Source: Patescibacteria group bacterium
GTDB lineage: Bacteria > Patescibacteriota > Patescibacteriia > JAACEG01
Direction of reading: 5' to 3'
Length of the DNA: 41,361 nucleotides
Assembly (NCBI GenBank): GCA_034660735.1
Contig: JAYEJQ010000056.1
Coordinates: 1 to 41,361, forward strand
In this document: piece by piece, positions 7,968-16,884 of the stretch
Layout of the letters: every line of letters begins with the position of its first letter
How positions within the stretch are numbered: the first letter of the stretch is position 1
Notes under the pieces: generated by a model
What the model saw: the letters and a program-made list of their open reading frames with translations, nothing else
What the model was told of the DNA's origin: nothing
The model's database searches: none
Made by a program: the position numbers and the translations under genes

Positions 7968-8163
7968 CAAATTAGATTAAAATTTTGTTAAGCAAAAAAT
8001 ACAATTTAATTATTTTGTTTTATGCATAGTTGTAATAAGCATAGGCGTTTTAATAGCGATAAAAAAACCAATAGATATTGAAATTGTTAAAAATAAAAAT
8101 ATTAACTTAAATTAGAATTAAATAATAATAAATATTATTTAATTTTTTTATTGAGCAAAGTAA

Positions 8164-9024
8164 ATGAAAATTTTAATTAATACTTTAGATATTAATATAA
8201 CTGGAATTTGTAATTACGCTTGTGAATATTGTTATGGAGAAAGTGATGATATTGATATGTCTGTTAAAATTTTTAAAAAGATTATTATACTTGGCAAAAT
8301 GTTAGGTGTTGATAATTTAGAATTTTGTGGCGGAGAGCCATTGTTGCATAAAAAATTTGTAGAATTTGTAAAAGAAGCAAAAAAAGCTAATTTTAAATTG
8401 ATACTTAGAACAAATGGTATCTTTATCAAAAAATATGAACAAGTAATTATTGATAATTTTGATTGGGTTGGAATTTCTTTAGATGGTCTTGAAAAAGAAA
8501 ATCATTTTATGAGAAAATGTTCTACTTTATCTTCAAAAGAAAAATTTGATTTACCTATAAATAATATTATTGAACTTAAATCAAAAAATCCATCTTTAAA
8601 AATAATTTTAAATAGTGTTGCGTCTTCGCTTAATTATAGGGAATTAGAAAAATTTTCTAAATATATATTAAAAAATCGTTTACCTATTCATAAATGGAAA
8701 ATATATCAATTTTTGGCAAACAATTATAGATCAATTGATTTTAGACAAAAATATTATTTATCAAATGAAAAATTTGCAAAACTAAAAATAATTTTAGATA
8801 CAAAAAAATTGAAGTCAAATTTAGGAGTTGATGTAATATTCAAAGAAGCTCATGAAAATAATTTAAGTTGTATTATAATTAAGTCAAAAGGAGATATATT
8901 TATAGGAGGCAAAAAAATAATAAATATTAATAAAAATAATTTAAATTTTATAATGAATAAAATTTTAAAAATTTCCGAACTAAATATAGTTATGAATAAT
9001 AAATTAATTACTTATTCTAAATAA
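8164..9024 (+). CDS. Radical SAM protein, viperin-like (candidate prokaryotic viperin)
   Basis: CNYACEYC (CX3CX2C) preceded by INIT. The blocks EFCGGEPLL, LRTNG, GISLDG, KIILNSV and HKWKIYQF are collinear with human viperin blocks NFSGGEPFL, VSNGS, AISCDS, FKINSV, VRWKVFQC (recalled, not computed). The gene is much more AT-rich than its neighbours. Confidence 0.6.
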   Translation: MKILINTLDINITGICNYACEYCYGESDDIDMSVKIFKKIIILGKMLGVDNLEFCGGEPLLHKKFVEFVKEAKKANFKLILRTNGIFIKKYEQVIIDNFDWVGISLDGLEKENHFMRKCSTLSSKEKFDLPINNIIELKSKNPSLKIILNSVASSLNYRELEKFSKYILKNRLPIHKWKIYQFLANNYRSIDFRQKYYLSNEKFAKLKIILDTKKLKSNLGVDVIFKEAHENNLSCIIIKSKGDIFIGGKKIININKNNLNFIMNKILKISELNIVMNNKLITYSK

Positions 9025-9128
9025 TTAGATATATTTTGCGAAAAAAATAATTTGTCAATCGGTTTCCAATATGAGGTGGACTAATACACTTTATTTACAA
9101 ATTAAAAATAAATTGCTATAATTAAAAT

Positions 9129-9301
9129 AGATTTACTGCATAATAAGTTGTGTGGCGAGATTTTTAGATTTTTAGGCAATTTTTAAAAATTTTATAAGTA
9201 TATTTCGTAGTCCTACAGAGGGCGTTGAAAAATTTGACCAAAATATATCTGTCCGCCTTTAGAGGAGAAATCGCAACAGTAAATTATTATGTAATAGTTC
9301 T
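9129..9301 (-). mobile_element. Family-B MITE-like element, full-length copy (inverted relative to 37249-37430)
   Basis: Degenerate TIRs agatttactgcataataa / ttattatgtaatagttct. The interior is collinear with the reverse complement of 37249-37430 (e.g. aaatttgaccaaaatat..ctgtcc.cctttagagg). Carries the hairpin variant ttcgtagtcctacagag (9204-9220). Confidence 0.65.
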
Positions 9302-9368
9302 AACATACTTATAATTTCAGATCTGCATTTTATGTAATATTTTGCATTTTTGAATTTTTTTTAAATTT

Positions 9369-9767
9369 ATGAAAAAGAAAAAAACAATTTCTCATATAGA
9401 TAAAAAAATATTGGAGGAGATTAAAAAATCTTTAGAGGAGAGGCGCGACAAAATTAAAACTGAGTTGGATAAATTTACAAAAGAGGACAAATATGAACAC
9501 GAAAAACACAAGGCTATTTTTCCAGAATTCGGCGATAAAAATGATGAAAATGCTATTGAGATTGCCGCATTCACAGATAATCTTTCAATAGGGAAATCTT
9601 TGGAATATATACTTCGCGACATAGAAGACGCATTACAAAGGATTGAAAAAGGCGTTTATGGAATTTGTAAATATTGCCACGAGCCGATTTCACAAGAGAG
9701 ATTAAAAATCAGACCAGTGTCTTCAGCTTGCGTTAAATGCAAAAAAAAGATAAAAAGGGAAGAATAG
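9369..9767 (+). CDS. DksA/TraR-family C4 zinc-finger protein
   Basis: 132 aa. Coiled-coil N-terminus, then CKYC-x17-CVKC. Confidence 0.75.
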   Translation: MKKKKTISHIDKKILEEIKKSLEERRDKIKTELDKFTKEDKYEHEKHKAIFPEFGDKNDENAIEIAAFTDNLSIGKSLEYILRDIEDALQRIEKGVYGICKYCHEPISQERLKIRPVSSACVKCKKKIKREE

Positions 9768-9837
9768 ATGAATTTTATTAGAGTTTTACAGGGCGGCATT
9801 TCAACCGCTTTGTTTATTGCGGTTATGGTAATTTATA

Positions 9838-9857
9838 AGATTTGCGCGCGCAAGCCT
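9838..9857. repeat. Minimal family-B palindrome (two TIR tips abutted)
   Basis: agatttgcgcgcgcaagcct. The same 20-mer with one change is at 12850-12869. Confidence 0.6.
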
Positions 9858-11263
9858 ATAAAAAAATAAAATTTTATTATAATCATATCAAAATTTCTGT
9901 ACAAAAAATTATAGTTAAATTATTATTAGCAATAATTAAATTGCTGGCATTGATTAAGAATATTTTTGCCTCTATTTTTATTGTTACGATTTATAAAATT
10001 TTGAGCTTTTTATTTAAATTTTTATATAGATCTTGTGGAAGGTTTACTCTTATTAAGTCTTACAAAATTTATAGTTTTATAAAAAAGAATTTGCGGGATA
10101 ATTTTTTTCTGATAAAAAATAAGTTTTTACATATTTTTGGCAGCCGATATATTGTTCATTTTATTATTATAATTATTGCTGGATTAGTTATCACTTCTAA
10201 TACAAAAGCTAATGGAATAAAGGTTGGCGCGACTAAACTAATCGACAATAATTTAATAAGTAAATTAGTCAAAACAGGAGAATTCAAAGATAGCGAGCAG
10301 GTTAATGAATTAATAGAAGAGGATATTGAAATAACAAAGGTTGTAAAAAAAAGAATAGATTCGTATCTTTATGAAAAAAATGAGGCAGTTTCATATCGTC
10401 CGCGGTTAAATATAGCAGAAGAGAATAAAGACTATAATGCTTTATTACAGACAAGCGACACGATTTCAACGCCAAGTATTATAAATACTAAAAAAGCGCC
10501 GCGGCAAAGAACTAAAATTGAATATTACATTGTTCAAGACGGCGATACTGTATTTGATATTGCTAAAAAATATAATATAACAGCCAATACTATTATTTGG
10601 GAAAACAGCCTTAATCGCTATGGATTTATTAAACCCGGACAAAAATTAACGATTTTATCGACAACAGGCATAACATATAAAGTGAAAAAATACGACACAA
10701 TAGGCGGGATAGCTAAAAAATATAATATTAAAGAAAGCGATATAATTAAAGCTAATAATATTACAAGCGTTTCAACTCTACAAATAAATCAAAAATTAGT
10801 CATTCCTGGAGCAAGGCAAGTTTCATCGCCAGTTAGAGTCGCAGTTTCAACTATTTCCAGATATACCAAGTCAGCGGCAGTTAAAAAAACTTCCATTAAA
10901 AGTTCAACAAGGCTACTGTGGCCGGCAAGTTGTCGCGTGATTACCCAATATTATCATTGGGGGCATCATGGATTAGACATCGCGTGTAAGAAAGGAACTC
11001 CAATTTACGCGTCAGAAGATGGAGTTATAAGATCATCTGGTTGGGCGTCTGGTTATGGAAAACGGATTACGATTAATCATGGAAGCGGTATGCGGACTTT
11101 ATACGCGCATTTGACTAAAATTTATGTGAGCTCGGGTCAGGCTGTTAACAGGGGCGACACGATAGGACTAATGGGATCAACTGGATGGTCAACAGGACCG
11201 CATTTGCATTTTGAAGTTATTGCGAATGGCGTTAAAAAAAATCCGTTATCATATATAAAATAA
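9842..11263 (+). CDS. LysM-domain M23 family metallopeptidase, membrane-anchored (start codon uncertain)
   Basis: Two LysM repeats (YIVQDGDTVFDIAKKYNI..., YKVKKYDTIGGIAKKYNI...). M23 motifs HHGLDIA and GPHLHFEV. There is no in-frame ATG in the N-terminal third; the track start is TTG and lies inside the 9838-9857 palindrome. Confidence 0.8.
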   Translation: MRAQAYKKIKFYYNHIKISVQKIIVKLLLAIIKLLALIKNIFASIFIVTIYKILSFLFKFLYRSCGRFTLIKSYKIYSFIKKNLRDNFFLIKNKFLHIFGSRYIVHFIIIIIAGLVITSNTKANGIKVGATKLIDNNLISKLVKTGEFKDSEQVNELIEEDIEITKVVKKRIDSYLYEKNEAVSYRPRLNIAEENKDYNALLQTSDTISTPSIINTKKAPRQRTKIEYYIVQDGDTVFDIAKKYNITANTIIWENSLNRYGFIKPGQKLTILSTTGITYKVKKYDTIGGIAKKYNIKESDIIKANNITSVSTLQINQKLVIPGARQVSSPVRVAVSTISRYTKSAAVKKTSIKSSTRLLWPASCRVITQYYHWGHHGLDIACKKGTPIYASEDGVIRSSGWASGYGKRITINHGSGMRTLYAHLTKIYVSSGQAVNRGDTIGLMGSTGWSTGPHLHFEVIANGVKKNPLSYIK

Positions 11264-11326
11264 CCGCAAAATTTATTATTTGCCAATCGCATTATTTTTT
11301 TGTATAATATACCAAAATGTTACCGA

Positions 11327-11348
11327 ATTGGTTAGCAGTTACATCTTA
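11327..11348 (+). promoter_or_regulatory. Conserved 22-nt motif attggttagcagttacatctta, 5 nt upstream of an ATG
   Basis: Matches 13589-13610 at 21 of 22 positions. Confidence 0.4.
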
Positions 11349-11352
11349 AATT

Positions 11353-12510
11353 ATGAATTACAATAATAATCAAATTCATCCTTACAGAAAAATCGCCTTT
11401 AATTTTTTGTTTATTTCTGTTATTTTAGCAGTTTTAGTTATATATTTTGTATTTTATCAAGTTAAAGTTCATATCACTCCAGCGAAGGAAAAAATAGTTT
11501 CAACATTTTTAATTCAGGTTCAGGAGGACGGGGAAGAGATAATAAGCGAGGGGATTATCAACGGAACGATTGATGAAAAAGAAGCAGAAAGCGAAAGGGA
11601 ATTTTCCGCTTCAGCGGTTAAAGAAAAATTTTTTAGCCAAAACGGAAAAGTTTTTATCATAAACACTGCTGATTTTAATCAGCCGCTTGTCGTAAAAACA
11701 AGGCTGCTTACTGTTGATAATATTCTGTTTAAAATTAAAAATGGAGTTACAGTTCCAGCTGGAGGGGAAGTTGAAGTAGAAGTTTATCCAAGCGATAAAA
11801 ATTTTAACAACGTTATTAAACCATCAAAAATGACAATTCCAGGACTATCATCAAGTTTGCAAGAAAAAATTTACGCTGAAAATAGACAGGATTTAGGAGG
11901 AACAAAAGAAGTAAAAACACTCAGCCAAGAAGATATTGATATTGCTATAGAAACTTTATCAGAAGATTTATATAAACAAATCAAAAGCGAATTTGTTGCT
12001 GCTAATAGCAAGAAAATTAATTTTAATCTATTGGGCAAAATTCCTAAAATTAAAAATGTTGATTTAGAAGAGGTGGTTTTAACAAAAGTTGACAAAAATA
12101 TCGGAGATGAATGCGAAAAATTTAAACTGTTTTTAAAAGCAAAAGTTATGGATATATCTTTTGATGAAAATAAGATTGAAGAATTAGCAAATAAAAAAAT
12201 ATTAGATGACATTCCTGACGACAAAAAATTTATTAAATTAGACAAACGCGATTTTAATTATGTTGTTGAAAAGTATGATCTTAAGAAAAAAATAGCATAT
12301 ATTAAAGTTTATATTTCAGGCGAGATGGCTATTAGCGAAGAGAGCAAGAGATTAGATAAAAGCAAATTCGTCGGAATGTCGTTTATTGAATTAAAAAATT
12401 ATTTAAAGAAATTTCCATCAGTGGAGGATGTTGAAGTATCGTCCGTTGGAAGTTGGTTTAAAACAGTTCCAAATAATAAAAATAAAATTAAAATAATTAT
12501 AAAAAATTAA
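11353..12510 (+). CDS. Hypothetical membrane-anchored protein (one N-terminal TM, large extracytoplasmic part)
   Basis: 385-aa ORF with typical coding composition. TM helix FNFLFISVILAVLVIYFVF. No motif I can name. Confidence 0.6.
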   Translation: MNYNNNQIHPYRKIAFNFLFISVILAVLVIYFVFYQVKVHITPAKEKIVSTFLIQVQEDGEEIISEGIINGTIDEKEAESEREFSASAVKEKFFSQNGKVFIINTADFNQPLVVKTRLLTVDNILFKIKNGVTVPAGGEVEVEVYPSDKNFNNVIKPSKMTIPGLSSSLQEKIYAENRQDLGGTKEVKTLSQEDIDIAIETLSEDLYKQIKSEFVAANSKKINFNLLGKIPKIKNVDLEEVVLTKVDKNIGDECEKFKLFLKAKVMDISFDENKIEELANKKILDDIPDDKKFIKLDKRDFNYVVEKYDLKKKIAYIKVYISGEMAISEESKRLDKSKFVGMSFIELKNYLKKFPSVEDVEVSSVGSWFKTVPNNKNKIKIIIKN

Positions 12511-12514
12511 AATT

Positions 12515-12838
12515 ATGACACAACATTTTAATGAAAAAAATTTTAACGAAGAAGTTATTAAAGCATCTAACAGCAAACCAGTTTTGGTTGATTTTTTCGC
12601 AAGCTGGTGCGGACCGTGCCAGGCACAGTCGCCGACTATTGACGAATTAGCGGAAAGTTTTAAAGAAAAAGCGGTCATTGGCAAACTTGATGTTGGCGAA
12701 TTTAAACAGATAGCCGCCGATTATGGCGTAATGAGCATACCAGCGATTATGATTTTTAAAAACGAAAAAGTCGTTGAAAATTTTGTCGGGCTTCAAACTA
12801 AAGAAATATTAGAAAACGCAGTTAATAAGTATCTGTAA
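12515..12838 (+). CDS. trxA: Thioredoxin
   Basis: 107 aa. WCGPC active site in the standard context. Confidence 0.9.
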   Translation: MTQHFNEKNFNEEVIKASNSKPVLVDFFASWCGPCQAQSPTIDELAESFKEKAVIGKLDVGEFKQIAADYGVMSIPAIMIFKNEKVVENFVGLQTKEILENAVNKYL

Positions 12839-12849
12839 ATTTGACTATT

Positions 12850-12869
12850 AGATTTGCGCGCGCAAGTCT
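12850..12869. repeat. Minimal family-B palindrome
   Basis: agatttgcgcgcgcaagtct, 12 nt after the trxA stop. Confidence 0.6.
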
Positions 12870-13054
12870 ATTCAATATCGTAGATAATATAATATAGACA
12901 ATTATTCAATACAGTAATTTTTCTTTTTTACTCCACCAAAATTTTTGTTTTTCATTTCTTTTATATTACAATAAGGAAGAAAGGCAAAAACTTCAGATAT
13001 ATAGGAACGTTAAATGAAATTTTTATAAACAAACTTTTATATACAAAGTAATTT

Positions 13055-13573
13055 ATGTCTTATATTATGGAGAATTTGCTTTTAATAATTGATATGCAAG
13101 AAGGATTTAGATACCAAGAATCTGAAAAGATATTGCCAAATCTCATGAAACTAAAAGAATCATTCAATGGAAAAATAGTTTTTTCAAAATTTATTAATAA
13201 TAAAGATTCATTATTTGAAAAACAATTAGATTGGACTAAATTTCAAAATAGTAACGATCAAAAACTATTTTCCGAATTACAAGCATCAAACAATATCGAA
13301 ATTCAACATAGTACTTATACTGTGTTAAATGATGAATTAAGGAATTTTATCAAATCAAATAATATTACAAAAGTTTATCTTACGGGAATTTATACTGATG
13401 TTTGCATAGTTAAAACTGCTATGGATTTATTTGATTATAATATTGAAACTTTTGTAATTGAAGATACTTGTAATTCTTTGCATGGGAAAAATAATCATGA
13501 TTCGGCAATTGATAGTCTAAAACATATTCTTGGTAAAAAGCAAATTCTCTTGACTGATGATGTTTGTTTGTAG
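13055..13573 (+). CDS. Isochorismatase-family cysteine hydrolase (nicotinamidase-like)
   Basis: LLIIDMQEGF (Asp), FSKF (Lys) and GIYTDVCI (Cys) are consistent with the family triad. AT-rich gene between long AT-rich spacers. Confidence 0.7.
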   Translation: MSYIMENLLLIIDMQEGFRYQESEKILPNLMKLKESFNGKIVFSKFINNKDSLFEKQLDWTKFQNSNDQKLFSELQASNNIEIQHSTYTVLNDELRNFIKSNNITKVYLTGIYTDVCIVKTAMDLFDYNIETFVIEDTCNSLHGKNNHDSAIDSLKHILGKKQILLTDDVCL

Positions 13574-13588
13574 AAACTCTCCTTCCTT

Positions 13589-13610
13589 ATTGGTTAGCAG
13601 TTACAACTTA
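13589..13610 (+). promoter_or_regulatory. Conserved 22-nt motif attggttagcagttacaactta, upstream of pepA
   Basis: Second copy of the 11327-11348 motif. Followed directly by taatat. Confidence 0.4.
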
Positions 13611-13639
13611 TAATATTAAAAAATATTTAATAAAATTTT

Positions 13640-15091
13640 ATGGAATTTGAATTATTGGACAAAAAAATAGATGAGATTTTCGCGGATTGCGAAGTTGTTT
13701 TCGCGGTTGACAAAAACTTAAAGCATAAATGGATAAAAGATTTGGAATATTTAAAGATGTTAAACTTTAAAGCGGATGCGGAAGAGGCGGTTTTTATCCC
13801 AGACAGAAAAAAGTTATATATTGCTATTGATTCAATGGAACACGATAGCATACGAATTGCTTGCGCTCAAGCAATTAAAATTTTAAAAAAAACTAATTTT
13901 CAATCAGTGAAGATAGGGCTTTACGTCGGAGAAGAATTTAAGGCGGATAATATTAGAGCGATATCAGAGGGGTTTATTTTAGGCGAATATATTTTTGATA
14001 AATTCAGATCAAAAAAAATTAAAAACCCTATAAAAAAAATAATTATTTCATCTGAAGAATACAGCGGAAAATCAGTTGCGGCGAAAATTGCCAAAGAAGA
14101 ATTAAAAACAGGACGAATTTTAGCTAACGCGGTAAATTTTACAAGAGAGATCGCAAATCAGCCGCCAGACGAAATGACGCCGATTCAGATGAGCGAAACA
14201 GCCAAAAAATTAGCCGAAGAGAATAATTTACAATGCGAGATTTACGATGAGAAGTTTTTATTGAAAAATAAAATGAACGTTTTTTTGGCAGTCGGACGTG
14301 GAAGTATAAATCCGTCGCGGCTTATTCATTTAATTTATAAACCGAAAAACGCGAAAAAAAGAATTGCGATTGTCGGCAAAGGAGTTACTTATGACAGTGG
14401 GGGATTAAGCCTAAAGCCGGCTAATTCTATGATAACGATGAAGTCCGACAAAAGCGGAGCGGCGGCAATTTTAGGCACTATGCTTGCTGTTAAAAAATTA
14501 GAGTTACCGATTGAGATTCACGGAATTATCGGCGCTGTTGAAAATATGATCGGCGGAAACGCTTATAAGCCAGACGATATTTTAACTGCTAAAAATGGAA
14601 AAACCATTGAAGTTAAAAATACTGATGCCGAAGGCAGGCTTGTTTTAGCGGATTGCTTGTGCTACGCACAAGAATTTAAGCCAGATTATATTTTAGATTT
14701 TGCCACCTTGACTGGCGCGTGCGTTGTAGCGCTTGGAGAATATACTGTCGGCGTGATGGGATTTAACGCAAAATTAAAAAAAGATATTATGCAAGCGGCA
14801 GATGATAGCGGAGAATTATCAGCCGAGTTGCCGTTTAATAAATATTTGCCAAAATTATTAAAAAGCGAAATCGCCGATATCAACAATTTAAGTTCTTCTA
14901 ATTATGGCGGAGCGATTACCGCTGGACTTTTTTTAAGCGAATTTATCAAGAAAGAAAACAGAGAAAAGTGGGCGCATTTGGATATTGCGGGACCTGCTTA
15001 TGCTGAAAAAGAATGGGGATGTAACCCTTACGGAGCAAGCGGCGCAGGCGTAAAAATGGCAACAAGATGGACAATGAATTTATTGAAATAA
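13640..15091 (+). CDS. pepA: Leucyl aminopeptidase (M17)
   Basis: VGKGVTYDSGGLSLKP and NTDAEGRLVLAD signatures. Confidence 0.9.
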   Translation: MEFELLDKKIDEIFADCEVVFAVDKNLKHKWIKDLEYLKMLNFKADAEEAVFIPDRKKLYIAIDSMEHDSIRIACAQAIKILKKTNFQSVKIGLYVGEEFKADNIRAISEGFILGEYIFDKFRSKKIKNPIKKIIISSEEYSGKSVAAKIAKEELKTGRILANAVNFTREIANQPPDEMTPIQMSETAKKLAEENNLQCEIYDEKFLLKNKMNVFLAVGRGSINPSRLIHLIYKPKNAKKRIAIVGKGVTYDSGGLSLKPANSMITMKSDKSGAAAILGTMLAVKKLELPIEIHGIIGAVENMIGGNAYKPDDILTAKNGKTIEVKNTDAEGRLVLADCLCYAQEFKPDYILDFATLTGACVVALGEYTVGVMGFNAKLKKDIMQAADDSGELSAELPFNKYLPKLLKSEIADINNLSSSNYGGAITAGLFLSEFIKKENREKWAHLDIAGPAYAEKEWGCNPYGASGAGVKMATRWTMNLLK

Positions 15092-15174
15092 TTATCTATG
15101 TTTTTTTTGGTGAATATAAAAAAATTGACAGAAATTATTGATTGTTTATAATAAAAATAAAAAACAATAAAAAT

Positions 15175-15645
15175 ATGAAAGCAAAAATACATTTTTACAA
15201 ACGGGATAATATAAATACAGACGAAATTATTCCAGCGCGGTATTTGAATTGCGACAATGAGGCTGAATTAGCAAAACATGCGATGGAGGATATTGACAAA
15301 GATTTTACGCAAAATGTCCAGCAAGGAGATTTTATTATTGCGGGAAAAGATTTTGGATGTGGATCTTCGCGCGAGCACGCTATTTGGGCGCTTCGCGGAG
15401 CAGGCGTAAAAGGCATAATTGCTAAATCTTTTGCGCGAATTTTTTATCGCAATGCGATTAATAACGGTTTTTTAGCAATTGAATGCTCGGAATTAAACGA
15501 TGATTTAAAAACAGGCGATGAGATAGAAGTAAACTTAGAACAAGGATTTTTTACTGTTAACGATAAAAAATACAATTTTTCGCCAATTCCAGAATTTGTG
15601 AAAAAGATTATGGATAAAAAGGGATTGTTAAATACTATTGAATAA
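15175..15645 (+). CDS. leuD: 3-isopropylmalate/(homo)aconitate dehydratase small subunit (short LeuD/HacB type)
   Basis: GCGSSREHA and FYRNAINNG motifs. The ATG at 15175 is preferred over the TTG track start at 15142. Confidence 0.8.
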   Translation: MKAKIHFYKRDNINTDEIIPARYLNCDNEAELAKHAMEDIDKDFTQNVQQGDFIIAGKDFGCGSSREHAIWALRGAGVKGIIAKSFARIFYRNAINNGFLAIECSELNDDLKTGDEIEVNLEQGFFTVNDKKYNFSPIPEFVKKIMDKKGLLNTIE

Positions 15646-15691
15646 AATTTATTTTTTAACAAGTGGTAAAAATTAAATTAATTAACATTTT

Positions 15692-16756
15692 ATGGACAAA
15701 AAAATTTGCGTTATCAATGGTGATGGCATTGGTCCTGAAGTTATGGCTGAAGCCATTAAAGTTTTAAATAATATAGCTAAAAAATACGGACATAATTTTC
15801 AGTATGTTGAAGCGCTGGCTGGCGGAGTCGCATGGGATGAATGCGGAGAGCATCTTCCAGAGAAAACTTTAGAGATTGCCAATGACAGCGATGCGATTCT
15901 GTTCGGATCAATAGGAGGACCTGTTTCAGACCAAGATAAGCCAAAATGGAAAGATTGTGAGAAGAACGCTCTATTGGCAATGAGAAAATATTTTGACCTT
16001 TTTACTAATCTACGTCCATCAACTGTCTTTAAGCCTTTAAAAAATATTTCAGTGCTTAAGCCAGAACTCGTCGGAAACGGTTTTGACATTCTAATTATAC
16101 GCGAGCTCACAGGAGGCATCTATTTTGGCGGACATAAGACCAAAAATGGCGTTGCTGAGGATATTATGAAATATTCCGAAGCAGAAGTTAGACGCGTCGC
16201 GAAAGTAGCATTTGAAGCGGCAATGAAAAGAAAAAAGTTTTTAATCTCCGTTGATAAAGCTAATATTTTAGATTGCTCTGTGCTTTGGAGAAAAGTAGTA
16301 AACGAAGTTGCCGAAGATTATCCGCAAGTTAAACTCCAGCATATGTATGTTGATAACGCGGCAATGCAGCTTGTTAAAAATCCGCAAGAATTTGATGTGA
16401 TTGTCACAGGAAATATGTTTGGAGATATTTTATCAGACCTATCTTCAACTTTCGCGGGATCGCTTGGGTTGCTTGCGTCAGCGTCTTTAAATGAATCTAA
16501 TTTTGGAATGTATGAACCGAGCGGAGGGTCGGCTCCTGATATTGCTGGGAAAGGAATCGCGAATCCTATCGCGCAAATTCTTTCAGTGGCAATGATGCTG
16601 AAATATTCGTTTGGATTAGAAAAAGAATCAGATAATATTGAGCAGGCGGTAATTAAAATTTTAGAACAAGATTATCGCACAGGAGATATTTGGGAGCAAG
16701 GATGCCAAAAAATAGGGACAAAACAGATGGGTGATAAAATCTGCGGGAATATATAG
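15692..16756 (+). CDS. leuB: 3-isopropylmalate dehydrogenase family (beta-decarboxylating dehydrogenase)
   Basis: 354 aa. GDGIGPEV, LIIRELTGGIYFG, NMFGDILSD motifs. Confidence 0.85.
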   Translation: MDKKICVINGDGIGPEVMAEAIKVLNNIAKKYGHNFQYVEALAGGVAWDECGEHLPEKTLEIANDSDAILFGSIGGPVSDQDKPKWKDCEKNALLAMRKYFDLFTNLRPSTVFKPLKNISVLKPELVGNGFDILIIRELTGGIYFGGHKTKNGVAEDIMKYSEAEVRRVAKVAFEAAMKRKKFLISVDKANILDCSVLWRKVVNEVAEDYPQVKLQHMYVDNAAMQLVKNPQEFDVIVTGNMFGDILSDLSSTFAGSLGLLASASLNESNFGMYEPSGGSAPDIAGKGIANPIAQILSVAMMLKYSFGLEKESDNIEQAVIKILEQDYRTGDIWEQGCQKIGTKQMGDKICGNI

Positions 16757-16818
16757 AATCATTTTAACACAATAACATAATAACATTTAAACATTATAAT
16801 CATACTAAGAAAAACAGA

Positions 16819-16857
16819 CACGGCTTTTGCAATATTGCAAAAGCCGTGTTTTATTTT
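16819..16857. terminator. Bidirectional intrinsic terminator between convergent leuB and asd
   Basis: Perfect stem cacggcttttgcaa/ttgcaaaagccgtg, with A-run and T-run flanks. Confidence 0.7.
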
Positions 16858-16884
16858 TAATATATTTAAATATTTTACAAATTA

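Noticed and set aside
9768-9869. 33-aa hydrophobic ORF (MNFIRVLQGGISTALFIAVMVIYKICARKPIKK) directly after the dksA-like gene
   Set aside because: It could be a real small membrane peptide, but it is short, lacks a clear SD, and its 3' end runs through the 9838-9857 palindrome. The evidence is insufficient.
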